Positions 25,775-38,420 of a stretch of DNA of 64,000 nucleotides are shown here, piece by piece. The notes below the pieces were generated by a model that made no database searches, was not told where the DNA came from, and saw only the letters and a list, made by a program, of their open reading frames with translations. Origin of the DNA: Chiloscyllium plagiosum (Eukaryota). Position 1 is the stretch's first letter; every line of letters starts with the position of its first letter. The stretch covers positions 9,277,306 to 9,341,305 of the forward strand of contig NC_057755.1 in assembly GCF_004010195.1 (NCBI RefSeq), given 5' to 3'. A program made the translations under genes and the position numbers.

Positions 25775-26323
25775 GGAGTAAGTGACGACTGCAGATGCTG
25801 GAGATCAGAGCTGAAAAATATGTTGCTGGAAAAGCGCAGAAGGTCAGGCAGCATTCAAGGAGGAGGAGAATCGACATTTCGGGCATAAGCCTTTCTTCAG
25901 GAATGAGGAAGATGTGCCAAGCAGGCTAAGATAAAAGCTGGGTAGGAGGGGTTTGGGGGAGGGGCGTTGGTAATGCGATAGGTGGAAGGAGGTTAAGGTG
26001 AGAGTGATAGGCCGAAGAGGGGGTGGGGGCGGTTATCTCAGTCCCAACCCTCGGACTCAGCACCGCCTTCTTGACCTGTAATATTCTTCTCGACCTCTCC
26101 GCCCCCACCTCCTCTCTGACCTATCATCCTCACCTTAAACTCATTCCACCTATCGCATTCTCAACGTCCCTTCCCCAAGTCCCTCCTCCCTATCTTTTAT
26201 CTTAGCCTGCTTGGCACACCTTCCTCATTCCTGAAGAAGGGCCTATGCCCGAAACGTCGATTCTCCTACTCCTTGGATTGTGCCTAACCTGCTGCGCTTT
26301 TCCAGCAACACATTTTTCAGCTC
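25775..26323. mobile_element. Large palindromic element, family 2 (duplicate of 8471-9028)
   Basis: Same position within the duplication unit and same inverted arms. Confidence 0.82.
26227..26264 (+). ncRNA. Hammerhead-like motif of a second PLE-derived family (related copies near 4351-4390 +, 8563-8600 -, 8931-8970 +, 33036-33072 -, 33393-33430 +)
   Basis: cauuc-CUGAAGA-A-GGGC-CUAU-GCCC-GAA-ACGU-C-gauuc: core boxes, 4-bp helix II, ACGU palindrome, GUC triplet; helix I is weak (U-U mismatch). Confidence 0.5.
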
Positions 26324-26627
26324 GTAAACGAAATGTATACAATTATGAGAGGCATTGATAGGTAGAACATAATAAAATTTTCCCTTTATTGCAGGTATAT
26401 ATAACCATGGGGCCTGGAAGTAAACAATGGACAGAAGGTTTGGAGGTAATGAAACGAAAAGCATTTTCATCCGGATGGTGATGGGAATCCGGAACTCAAT
26501 ACGTCTAAGTTTGTCGGAGGCTGAACCCCTCATAACATTCAGAAAAAACACAGATACAGGTTGCAATACCAGTGCATACGCCAGTCAGTCAGCAACTTCT
26601 CTCTCTCTCTCGTTGCTCTGCTAATAT

Positions 26628-26630
<3 letters not shown>

Positions 26631-26680
<50 letters not shown>
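26631..26680. repeat. (CT)n microsatellite (shorter paralogs near 9703-9756 and 33802-33821)
   Basis: Directly visible dinucleotide run. Confidence 0.95.
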
Positions 26681-26685
<5 letters not shown>

Positions 26686-28598
26686 CTCGCATCTCTCTCT
26701 TTCTCTGTTTCTCTGACAAACTTTGGTTTTTGAGTACCTCCCTTGAAATTTCAGCTCTACTTGGACATTGATTGAACTCAAATTTAACTTCTTTGCTAAT
26801 TCTAAAACTTTTGGACTTTTTCTGTCCTTCCAAACCTCCTTGGAAAATTTGAGAACTATCTTCAAATCCCAAAACTTCTTTATCAATTTTAAGAACCACG
26901 TTTCTCACTGCTAATTTGATCAACCACAGGTTGCCAAAATTAAGCACATTTTCTCACCTATGTTTTCTTTCAGGTTCTACGACATTAACTCGGAAGAGGT
27001 TTATTCTGCTGGGATTTTTCGTACGCTTAATCTATCTCGTACGCTTAATCTATTTCGTACGCAAAACCAGTTTAAATGCCGAACAAAAGCCAACGAACTG
27101 TTTTGAGACAATGTAAAACACCAACCACTCTCCTCCCTCCCAGCTAACTGAAACCATCAACACAGAAATGATGTAACCAGTCGTGTAACCTGTTAAATTT
27201 AGAGAGGCCTAAAACCATCTCAAATATCACTATTTAAAGTGAAAATAAACGACTTCATTTTTCAAACAAAACCGAAAAGAAAATAATTAAGATCACAAGT
27301 ATTTACAACTCCTTTCTGTAACCTATTTTTTCCTTTCCCTTCTATGATACCGTTCTGATAAATCCCGATTTAGATTAACCAAAAAATCAGAATTTCTAAA
27401 CCAGCCAGCTGTCAAATTTTGTCTTTGTATCTTCCTCTGTCTTATTTTTTTCTTCTTAGGATTTCTGTTCACAGGTCATTGGTAAATAATGATACATTTA
27501 AGAGAGCTATTATGCAGGCAGTCTGCATATGTTGATGGCTTGGCAGTTCTCCCCAACTGTTCATTTTTTCCTGATCTTCAACCCCAAAGCATCAGATCGT
27601 TTCATAAATTTTTAATATTGTCAAAAAACCAAATTGATACTGATTGGGTAAAGTATCTTGGGACATAAGGTAAACGGATTGGCCGAATTTAATTTAGTTT
27701 TATTGTGTCGTAGCAACACATGTTCTGCCAGCTGCCAGACTAAACGTTGCATTGTAAATTCTTCCGCCCTCTGTATGCTTGCTAAGTCCTTCAACACTCG
27801 TAAACATGCAGTGCCCCGTACACCTTCATAACAAAACCAAGAACTCAAGTGTTGTGGAGACTGGGAAGGTACCTGCTGTTCAGGTCGTGTTGAGATCAGT
27901 CGTGAATGTAATATGTGGCAGATCAAGATCGATGGGCTGAATGGTCTTCTTTCTTTCGTAGCTCTTACATTCTGTCGACTTATCTATTCAGTCGTTTCAC
28001 ATTCTTATGAGAATATGACACCTGTAACTTAGCACAATATTCCAGCTGAAACAGAATTAGAGATTCCCACAGATTCAATATAAACTACTTGCTGTTGTAC
28101 TCCGTGTCTTATTAACGAAGGATACATGGTGATTTATTAATCCGTCTCTAAATTTATGCTATACGAACTGTAGTAATACAAACAAGCAACTACTTCTTTG
28201 TCAACAATCCAGGATGATAGATTCTTTAAATGTGTCTATCTTTGTGTAAAATCGGTCAATTTTTTAAAAAAATAATTCCATCACAGGCTGTTTTAGTTTG
28301 AGAATGCCACACATCAAATGCATAGATATTTAAGTTGAGATATGTGAATCGATATACTTTGAGATAAATAAAATGACAATGCAGTCGAATCAAAACCAAA
28401 TCATCTTTCTGCGATGTGAAGGAAAGGGTCTCAGACAAATATGTTCAAACATGTTGATTGTACGAGGTTAAATTGCAACTCTGATTAGGAAAGCACATGT
28501 AAAACTTAGATTTGGTAATGGGGACACAGAAAAAAAAATGTCATGATCATAATTCTTCCTTTTTCCATTAAGCCTGAGCTTGAGAGCTGTCAAAAAAC

Positions 28599-29098
28599 NN
28601 NNNNNNNNNNNNNNNNNNNNNNNNNNNNNNNNNNNNNNNNNNNNNNNNNNNNNNNNNNNNNNNNNNNNNNNNNNNNNNNNNNNNNNNNNNNNNNNNNNNN
28701 NNNNNNNNNNNNNNNNNNNNNNNNNNNNNNNNNNNNNNNNNNNNNNNNNNNNNNNNNNNNNNNNNNNNNNNNNNNNNNNNNNNNNNNNNNNNNNNNNNNN
28801 NNNNNNNNNNNNNNNNNNNNNNNNNNNNNNNNNNNNNNNNNNNNNNNNNNNNNNNNNNNNNNNNNNNNNNNNNNNNNNNNNNNNNNNNNNNNNNNNNNNN
28901 NNNNNNNNNNNNNNNNNNNNNNNNNNNNNNNNNNNNNNNNNNNNNNNNNNNNNNNNNNNNNNNNNNNNNNNNNNNNNNNNNNNNNNNNNNNNNNNNNNNN
29001 NNNNNNNNNNNNNNNNNNNNNNNNNNNNNNNNNNNNNNNNNNNNNNNNNNNNNNNNNNNNNNNNNNNNNNNNNNNNNNNNNNNNNNNNNNNNNNNNNN
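28599..29098. other. Assembly gap (500 N)
   Basis: Run of N. Confidence 1.
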
Positions 29099-29631
29099 TG
29101 GGGCAGTTGTGTTACGCAGTGAAAAATATCGTGTAATAGGGCAGGGAATGCGTCTGCGTGGTTTACTTTTTGCAGGATTGGGGTGGACTTGTTGGGTCCT
29201 ATGGCCAGTTTCCACATTGTGGCAATTCCACGATGTATCGATTATCGAATCATCATGTCTGTTTGAGAACACTACTCAGGATATTACCATTAATTTTATC
29301 TGAACTTTACTTGTCTGTTTTCAAAAATGCAATACCTTACATTGATACAAATTGAACTCCGTATGCCAGACGTCAGCCGTTTGTTCCAATTGATCAAGAA
29401 CTCTTAATAAATTGATTCAGCAATAATTTCAATGCCCCTCCAAATGAATGATCAACATCAACTGCTTGTGATCCAGTTGGGAGACGGTTGCTTGCAAATT
29501 ATCATTCAAAACAAATTTCACTAATTCCTTTGAGAGATGACGCATACTTAAATAGAAGATTTCTGATCTGACTCTGGTGAGCGCTTGTCTGAGTCTCTCA
29601 CGTCGAACAAAACATATCACTCCTCAGAAAG

Positions 29632-29701
29632 ATGGAACAGCCAAAGATTCTGCTGATTAAGGAGATTTATTATCCAATTCTTGCAACCATCGGTGTGCCT
29701 G
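29632..29701 (+). CDS. GPR139/GPR142-like GPCR copy 3, coding exon 1 (MEQPKILLIKEIYYPILATIGVP + 1 nt)
   Basis: ATG at 29632, 70 nt, donor G|GTGAG at 29702. Confidence 0.88.
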
Positions 29702-30815
29702 GTGAGCCTGGTTTAAACTTTATATTGTGAATGTGTGTCAATTGCCTCAGAGTTCCAAACCTACTCTGGGAAATCTAGAATATTTCTCCAATCTCAGGGA
29801 TGCAATGGCAGATTTTACCCCTATTGTCTCATAAATCCTCTGTTCACATTGTGCTTGTTTCACTGGGCTGATAATTTTGTTGCTGTCACCATATGTTTGA
29901 GGTTTGAAACGGGCGAATCATGACTAACAAAGTAAATGATGGTTCCTCATGTTGGGCAATCTACAACGAGAGGTTATAGGTTTAGAATGGTGGCAGATTT
30001 TAAACAGGTATGGGGGAGAGTTACATATCTTAAGGGGGCGTCAATCTCTGAAATTCACTGCCCAAGATTATCGCGGAAATCAGAACATTGAATAATCCTA
30101 AGGAAGAGGCCGACAGATTTCACTTGCTCAGCAGGTTAGGATATCACGACATGTGAAATAATTATACATATGTGTTCCTACTCAGTATGCAAAAGTAAAG
30201 ACCCTACATATCTTTTATTGGGCCGAATTATTGAGTGAAATAATTCATATCTTTGAGATGCACAAAATTCACAAGCAACTTTCCAGCTCGTTCTCCTCAT
30301 TGATCTTTCTAAATTTGTAACCAAACACTATTCTGTCCTGTCTTTGCCACAATTCCAATGTTGTTGAGAATCTGGAAACCAATATCTGCGAGGTGTTAGT
30401 ATGACAAATAATCAGAACACTTTTGAAGTATATTGGTGTGCTTTGTGTTGCTAAGGCATAAAGGTCAATGGACAAAGTGCAAGATCATGTTATTCGAATA
30501 GTTAGGGATGTACTTGAGCGGAGGAGACTTCTTTATTTCAATAGACCTTTCTCTCTGATGCAATTTTCTCTTATTCAATGACATTTACTTACACTTACGA
30601 AAAGACAAATGCAATGTAATCTCATCAAACATATGTCATTTGGGGTGAGGAGATTTTTTTTTTGTTAATTATAACGTCACGACAAGCAGTTGGTAACTTC
30701 CTACTTTTGGTGTTGATATCTGGATAATCACATGGTTCACAATAGATAACTAGGTTGGTGCTTTGTGATTTTGAAAAATTGAGTTGACGTTTCTCTCGTC
30801 TTCCTTTTTTTACAG

Positions 30816-31771
30816 CAAACATGATGACCATTGTCGTTCTTCTGCGAGGAAACTGTGGCCTCTCTAAATGTATTTCTGTCTATATGCTTTCCATGGCAGC
30901 AGCAGACTTACTGGTTATAATCAATAATGTAATAGTTTATAGCATTCTTACGTATCACTTTCCAATTTCTTTTCTGCGTCAGACACATATTTGTAAATTT
31001 ATTTTTTATCTGCACTGTGTTATGCTCAATTCATCCGTCTGGTTCACAGTCGCCTTTACGTTTGACCGCTTTGTCGTCATCTGCTGTCCAAAGTTTAAGA
31101 CCAAGTATTGTTCTGTGCGAATTGCAGCTGCAGTTGTAACAGTGAGCTGTATCCTCATGTGTATCAAGGATATCCCAGTTTTCTTTGCGTATGAACATGA
31201 ATACATTATTAAACACGTGAGATGGAACTGCCAGTCAAGTGTGACATTTTTTACCTCAATTGGAGGAGTCGTGTACATCTGGTTTTTCAGCATCTGTTTA
31301 GTTTGGCTTCCTTTCATTTTAATTGCCTTGTTGAACTCATTGACGGTCAGACATATACTCGTGAGCAGTAAAGCCCGCAGAGCGCTTCGAGTTCACACAA
31401 TTGACAATCAATGTGATCCCGAGATGAAGAATCGAATGAAATCTATTGTTTTACTCTTTGCTATCTCAGGAAGTTTCGTTCTGCTGTGGATGACAACTGT
31501 GCTAAACCTTGTAATTAACAGACTGACAAATCCTACTTATTATCGAGGAGATCTTGGAAATCCAGCATATATTGCTGTCGAAACTGGGGCCATGCTGAGG
31601 TATTTGAGTTGCTGTTCAAACACGTGCATCTACGCAGCGTCCCAGAGAAAATTCAGAGAAGAACTTGTCAATGTTTTGAAATGGCCCTGTGCATTCATTT
31701 TAAAGTGGTCAGAAATGAAAGGAAGACAGCGGAGAATACCTGGATTTGAATTTCAGTCATGTTCTGTATGA
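30816..31771 (+). CDS. GPR139/GPR142-like GPCR copy 3, coding exon 2 (spliced product 341 aa, intact)
   Basis: Acceptor tttacag|CA AAC ATG; open to TGA at 31771; 20 aa differences from copy 2 in this exon. Confidence 0.9.
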
Positions 31772-32942
31772 GGCTTGGACTCTTTTGTCATAACGACATA
31801 AAGATTATTAATTGGTAGAAAAGAAAAAAATATCAGTGTCCGTTCAACTTTTCATCTTCCACTAGAATGTGACGCTTGTGTTATTACACATTTCATTGAC
31901 CTAGTCATTGTTGGGAGAGTAATTATATTTTCCTGTTGTATGTAAATGGTTCCATAGATAGTAGAACAGTGCAAACTTCCTCATAATAAATTAAGAACAG
32001 ATTCTAGAATCTCAGTATTTCTTCATTACAATATAAACATAGAAGGTTTTTGCATTTTTCACATAATTTCACATGTAATTTCATCGGAAAAACTATTCAA
32101 TTGTATTCAAAACATACTTTAATTTCACATTGCGTTAAAAATACCGACAAAATAAATGTAAAAGTAAATGCTTTACTGCCACTCCAGGGAAATACGTGGC
32201 AAAATGATATATATGTATATATAGCTGCTACGAATTAACTGGTACAATATAATAGCATGCATTAAACACACCCCGGCGAAGGAAAATGAAGACAAACCGA
32301 TTTTCCCACAAGTAATCGTATTAGCAGGAACCGAGACAGGAACAGGGGCTTCCAAGTCTAACCTAAAGGCCCCCAAAACAGCACCAAGCTGAAACAATAA
32401 AACTTATTTCAGTGTGAGCTTCACCCCAAACATTCTCGCTGTTAGTATTGTTCCACTTTTGCTCAAACGTCAAGACCTCACATGTGTATTACTTTGTTGA
32501 CTTTGGTATAAACTCCCGCTGCTCGATCTTAACTTTCTTCATAAAAGAGTAACCATCAGCATATAGTTCTTAAAGCTATAGTATCGTCACAATACACCCC
32601 AACCGCCACTTCCCAAAAATCGAATCATCAATATGCAGATGGCTTTACTTTTAAACTTTGCATTCGAAATGTAAAGAGAACATAGTATTGTGGAGACACA
32701 ATTTCATGTCACGAAACTCAACCATTGAATGAAATGAACATCCTTTCGCTGGAACGTTTGGATGGTTTGCAGTTCTAGAATGTGCACAATAAGGGAAACA
32801 TGATTGCACTTGAGAAGTTCTCCAGCAGATCTCGCAGAACGTTATCTGGGATCGAGCAAATCACTCATGAAGAGAGATAGCTTAGATTGATATCACTAGC
32901 ATTGTCGCTGAAGGGATTGTGAGTGGGTGTATATGTAACGTA

Positions 32943-33452
32943 GGAGAAAGTGACGACTGCAGATGCTGGAGATCAGAGCTGAAAAATATGTTGCTGGAAA
33001 AGCGCAGAAGATCAGGCAGCATTCAAGGAGGATGAGAATCGACGTTTCGGGCATAGCCCTTCTTCAGGAATGAGGAAGGTGTGCCAAGCAGGCTAAGATA
33101 AAAGCTGGGTAGGAGGGACTTGGGGGCGGGGCGTTGGTAATGCGATAGGTGGAAGGAGGTTAAGGTGAGAGTGATAGGCCGAAGAGGGGGTGGGGGCGGT
33201 TATCTCAGTCCCAACCCTCGGACTCAGCACCGCCTTCTTGACCTGTAATATTCTTCTCGACCTCTCCGCCCCCACCCCCTCTCTGACCTATCATCCTCAC
33301 CTTAACCTCCTTCCACCTATCGCATTCTCAACGTCCCTTCCCAAGTCCCTTCTCCCTACCTTTTATCATAACCTGCTTGGCACACCTTCCTCATTCCTGA
33401 AGAAGGGCCTATGCCCGAAACGTCGATTCTCCTACTCCTTGGATTGTGCCTG
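32943..33452. mobile_element. Large palindromic element, family 2; right arm truncated by a deletion
   Basis: Duplicate of 8471-9028; after ggattgtgcc it jumps to sequence homologous to about 9363. Confidence 0.8.
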
Positions 33453-35559
33453 CTGAAAGTTTGCTTTATTTGCTTTAATCCTCCTGGAATCTACGATTTT
33501 TACTGACAATTTCATGGTCACAACATGAAAATCGGATCATCAATATGTTCGTCATTTTTAGCAGATCGTGTTCACTAATCACTGAGACATGGTAGTCGAG
33601 ATACTGGTGTTGGAAAAGTATATCAGGTCAGGCAGCATCTGAGGAGCAGGATAATTGACGTTTCGGGCATAAGCGCTTCATTTCAACACCACATTGTCGA
33701 CACTGATCTTGAGCATCTGCTCAGTCATCTCTTTCGACTTCGCCACGACAGGCAGTCAGCAACTTCTCTTTCTCGTTGCTCTGTAAATAACCTTCTCTCG
33801 CTCTCTCTCTCTCTCTCTCTTTCTGCCTCTCGCATCTCTCTCTTTCTCTGTTTCTCTGACAAACTTTGGTTTTTGAGTACCTCCCTTGAAATTTCAACTA
33901 TACTTGGACCTTGATTGAACTCAAATTTAACTTCTTTGCTAATTCTAAAACCTTTGGCCTTTTTCTGTCCTTCCAAATCTCCTTGGAAAATTTGAGAACT
34001 ATCTTCAAATCCAAAAACTTCTTTATCAATTTTAAGAACCGTGTTTTTACTGCTAATTTGATCAACCACAGGTTGCCAAAATTAAACCCATTTTCTCACC
34101 TATGTTTTTTTTCAGGGTCTACGACACTAACTCGCAAGAGTTTAAATCTGCTGGGAGTTTTCGTAAGCTTAATCTATCCAAATCTGTGCAAAACCCGTTT
34201 AAATGCCGAATAAAAGCCAACGAACTGTTTTGAGACAATGTAAAACACCAACCACTATCCTCCCTCCCAGCTAACTGAAACCATCAACACAGAAATGATG
34301 TAACCAGTAGTGTAACCTGTTAAAATTCGAGAAGCCAAAAACCAACTCAAAGATCACTATTTAAAGTAAAAATAAACGACTTCATTTTTCAAACAAAATC
34401 TGAAAGAAAAAAATTAAAATCACAAGTATTTACAACTCCTTTCTCGAACCTATCTTTTCCTTTCCCTTCTATGATACCGTTCTGAAAAATCCCGATTAAG
34501 ATTAACCAAAAAGTCCGAATTTCTAAACCAGCCAGCTGTCAAATTTTGTCTTTGCATCTTCCTCTGTCTTATTTTTTTCTTCTTAGGATTTCTGTTCACA
34601 GGTCATTGGTAAATAAAAATACATTTAAGAGAGCTATTATGCAGGGAGTCTGCACATGTTGATGGCTTGGCAGTTCTCCCCAACTGTTCATTAACTGATC
34701 TTATACCCCAAAGCATCAGATCGTTTCATAAATTTTTAATATTGTCAAAATACCAAATTGATACTTGATTGGGTAAAGTATCTTGGGGCATAATGTAAAC
34801 GGATTTGCCGAATTTAATTTAGTTTATCGTGTCGTAGCAACACATGTTCTGCCAGCTGCCAGACTAAAAGTTGCATTTTAAATTCTTCCGCCCTCTGTGT
34901 GCTTGCTAAGTCCTTCAAAACTCTTAAACATGCAGTGCACTGTACACCTTCATAACAAAACCAAGAACTCAAGTGTTGTGGAGACTGCGAAGATACCTGC
35001 TGTTCAGGTCGTGTTGAGATCAGTCGTGAATGTAATATGTGGCAGGTCAGGATCGATGGGCTGAATGGTCTTCTTTCTTTCGTAGCTCTTATATTCTGTC
35101 AACTAATCTATTCAGTCGTTTCACATTCTTATGAGAATGTTACACTTGTAACTTAGCACAATATTTCAGCTGAAACAGAATTAGAGATTCCCACAGATTG
35201 CTGTTTTACTCCGTGTCTTATTAACCAAGGGTGCATGGTGATTTATTAATCCGTCTCTAAATCTATGCTCTCCGAACTGTAATAATACAAACAAGCAACT
35301 ACTTCTTTGTCAACAATCCAGGATGATAGATTCTTTAAATGTGTCTATCTTTGTGTAAATTCGGTCAATTTTTAAAAAACATTTCCATCACAGGCTGTTT
35401 TAGTTTGAGAATACCACACATAAAATACACAGATATTTAAGTTGAGACATGTGAATCGATATGCTTTGAGATAAATAAAATGGCAATGCAGTCGAATCAA
35501 AACCAAATCACCTTACTGCGATGTAAAGGAAAGTGTCTCAGACAAATATGTTCAAACAT

Positions 35560-35651
35560 TGTTGTGGTTCTGTTCGCCGAGCTGGAAGTTTTTGTTGCAA
35601 ACGTTTCGTCCCCTGGCTAGGCGACATCATCAGTGCTTGGGAGCCTCCTCC
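35560..35651 (-). mobile_element. 92-bp Penelope pLTR fragment insertion
   Basis: Matches about 15052-15140; TSD ttcaaacat at 35551-35559 and 35652-35660; absent from the paralogous site near 28444. Confidence 0.88.
35597..35636 (-). ncRNA. Minimal type I hammerhead ribozyme motif (PLE-type)
   Basis: Minus strand gca-CUGAUGA-U-GUCGCCU-AGCC-AGGGGAC-GAA-ACGU-U-ugc: both core boxes, helix II, palindromic ACGU helix III, 3-bp helix I. Confidence 0.72.
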
Positions 35652-35808
35652 TTCAAACATGTTGATTGTACGAGGTTAAATTGCAACTCTAGTTAGGAAA
35701 GCACATGTAAAACTTAGATTTGGTAATGGGTACGCATAAAAAAGAAAATGTCATGATCATAATTCTTCCTTTTCGCATTAAGCCTGAGCTTGAGAGCTGT
35801 CAAAAAAC

Positions 35809-36375
35809 TGTGTAATTACTTCTCCAGATTCCCACACAGCTCTCTGATACACCTGATCAGGTCCTGGGGATTTCTGCACCTTTACCCGTTTCAAGACATC
35901 CAGCACTTCCTCCTCTGTAATTGGGATATTTTGCAAGATGTCATCATCTATTTCCCAACAGTCTATATCTTCCATATGCTTTTCCACAGTAGAATACTAA
36001 TGCAAAATACTCATTTAGCATCTCCCCCATTTTCTGTGGCTCCACACGAAGGCTGCCTTGCTGATATTTGAGGAGCCCTATTCTCTCCCTCGTGACCCTT
36101 TTGTCCTTAATATATTTGTAAATCCCTTTGGATTCTCCTTAATGTTACTTGCCAAAGCTATCTTATGTCCCCTTTTTGCCCTCCTGAGTTCCCTCTGAAG
36201 TATACCCCTACATCCTTTATCCACTTCTAAGGATTCACGCGATCTATCCTGTCTTTACCTTAAATATGCTTCTTTCGTTTTCGAAACCAAGCCCTCAATT
36301 TCTTTAGTCATCCATCATTCAATATACCTATCAGCCTTTCCTTTCACCCTGACAGGAGTATACTTTCTCTGGATG
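35809..36375 (-). mobile_element. CR1 LINE ORF2 fragment (duplicate of 11635-12200)
   Basis: ORF 35778 contains ITEEEVLDVLKRVKVQKSPGPD. Confidence 0.82.
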
Positions 36376-36519
36376 CTAGTTCATTTCCAAAAGGATGTTA
36401 CTGAACGATGTCTTTTGTTTTTTTCTGACAATCCACGACGGTGTTCTGACTTGCAAATATGATTTCTCACATTCACTAAATAGAACTTCTTCTGTATTCC
36501 AAAGCAAGATTCGACGATC

Positions 36520-36760
36520 CGTAGAGCAATCAACCCATACCCATTCACCTACATTTACCACATAACTTAACACTCCGGGCAATTTAGCTTGGCCAATTCA
36601 CATAACCTGCATATTTTTGGACTGTTGGACCCAGATGAAACCCACGCAGACACGGGGAGAATGTGCTAACTCCACACAGACAGTTGCCTGTGGCGGGAAT
36701 TCAACCCGGGTCTCTGGCACTGTGAGAGAGTAGTGCTAACTACTGTGCCACCGTGCCACC
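36520..36760 (-). mobile_element. HE1-type SINE (duplicate of 12340-12683)
   Basis: Same A/B boxes and central domain. Confidence 0.82.
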
Positions 36761-36811
36761 CGTGGGAATTAGCAGTCAAGTCGTATTATTGCAATAATAT
36801 CAATTCATCGA

Positions 36812-37110
36812 ATGTTCTGGGGCTCTGTGTTCGAATCCAGCTTTGGAATTCTGTGGAAGTTGTATTAAGTGAATGTGAGAAATCATATGTGTAAGTCAGA
36901 ACACCATCGTGGATTGTCAGAAAAAAACTAAAGACATCGTTCAGTAACATCCTTTTGGAAATGAAACTAATCCACTTGGCTGATCAGGACTTCGTGTGAA
37001 TCCACACAAACAACAATGTGGTTGAAACTTAAATGCCATCTGGTCATTGTGGAATGACTAATAATTGTTTACTTGACCAGTAATGCCATCATCCCGTAAA
37101 TTAATAAACG
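36812..37110 (+). mobile_element. Decayed tRNA-derived SINE of a second family
   Basis: gttcgaatcc B-box; caatgtggttgaaacttaaatgccatctg resembles the LINE-associated sequence near 18355. Confidence 0.45.
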
Positions 37111-37605
37111 GTTAAAATGTAACCACTTTTAAAAAGAATAACGACAAATGTTCAGTTGCACCCTATGTTTCATGAAAGATATTATATGACATACTTATAT
37201 CAAATAAAAGGAAACATTTATTTCATTGTTTGATCGCAATCAAATCGTAGAGACCGAAAGGTGAAACATTCCACACCAATAAAACAAAGCTGCCTGAATG
37301 GACTTTATTGGATCTCCCTGAAATATTATATGGTCTAGGGATCTCTAAGCAGATAAAAACGTGAGACAAGCACTTGAGACAGTCCATATGTGTAATGCAA
37401 AGTTATGATATCTGATAGTCAGTACAGATGGAAGAGAAATACAGATGGAAGAGAAATACCATTCCAGGTTTAAAATACCTACGAATCTTCTGATATATAT
37501 TTCCGAACTGAACATCTGTGTTACAGAACAAAACAGAACACTAATAATATATTGTTTTCCAATTCACTTAATATGGAATGGTATGGAGACATGTCAAAGA
37601 TTATG

Positions 37606-37723
37606 AGGAGAAAGTGAGGTCTGCAGATGCTGGAGATCAGAGCTGGAAATGTGTTGCTGGAAAAGCGCAGCAGGTCAGGCAGCATCCAGGGAACAGGAGA
37701 ATCGACGTTTCGGGCATAAGCCC
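37606..37723 (-). mobile_element. Single-arm family-2 element
   Basis: gagaaagtgaggtctgcagatgctgg...gacgtttcgggcataagccc; TSD catgtcaaagattatg at 37590-37605 and 37724-37739. Confidence 0.82.
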
Positions 37724-38099
37724 CATGTCAAAGATTATGCATGGTATACAACATTTCATTTTCATCAGCTTTACCAGGTCAATACAATTTGTAGGAAAGT
37801 AACACTAAGTGACATCGAGTGTAAGGGACGCACTTCCATGGCCAATGATCCAGTTAGCTCAAGCCTCGACCGTCACTGACGAATCAAGTGAGAGAGGGAA
37901 AAATTCAGGAGAAGATGTAATCCTCAAACAGCGGCAGCAGTGCACATGAACCCTCTTTGCGCGTCCACTAACAGACAGAGTGGTTTGTGCATGTTTCATA
38001 TATGGATGACCTACCAAAACAACTGCTGGATGTATTGGCCATATAGTATTCTAAAAGATAATTGAATACGAAGAAGCGTTTCAAGTGATGTGGGTCAAT

Positions 38100-38420
38100 T
38101 GCAGGCTCGTGCCAGGAATCCAAGTTCGATTCCAGGTTCGGGCGACCTTCTGCGTCGAATTTTGTACATCCGCCCTGTGTCTATGTGGTTTTCTTCCGGG
38201 TGCTCTATTTTCCTCTCACAGTCCAAAGATGTGCATATTAGGTGAATTGGTCTTACTAGAATTGATCAAACTGTTCAGGATGCTGTCGGCTCGGTACATT
38301 AGTTTCGGAAAATTAGACCAATACAGTAGAGGAATGGGTGTATGTGTGATATTCTCTGCAGGGTCAGTGTTGATTTGTTGGGCCGAATGGCCTCTTTCCA
38401 CACTGTAAGGAATTTATGAT
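38100..38420 (+). mobile_element. Decayed HE1-type SINE
   Basis: gttcgattcc B-box; ccgggtgctc..acagtccaaagatgtgca..ggtgaattgg; ttgggccgaatggcct tail. Confidence 0.7.

Noticed and set aside
26539..26947. RE-repeat-containing ORFs
   Set aside because: Translation of a (GA)n microsatellite within an LTR remnant.
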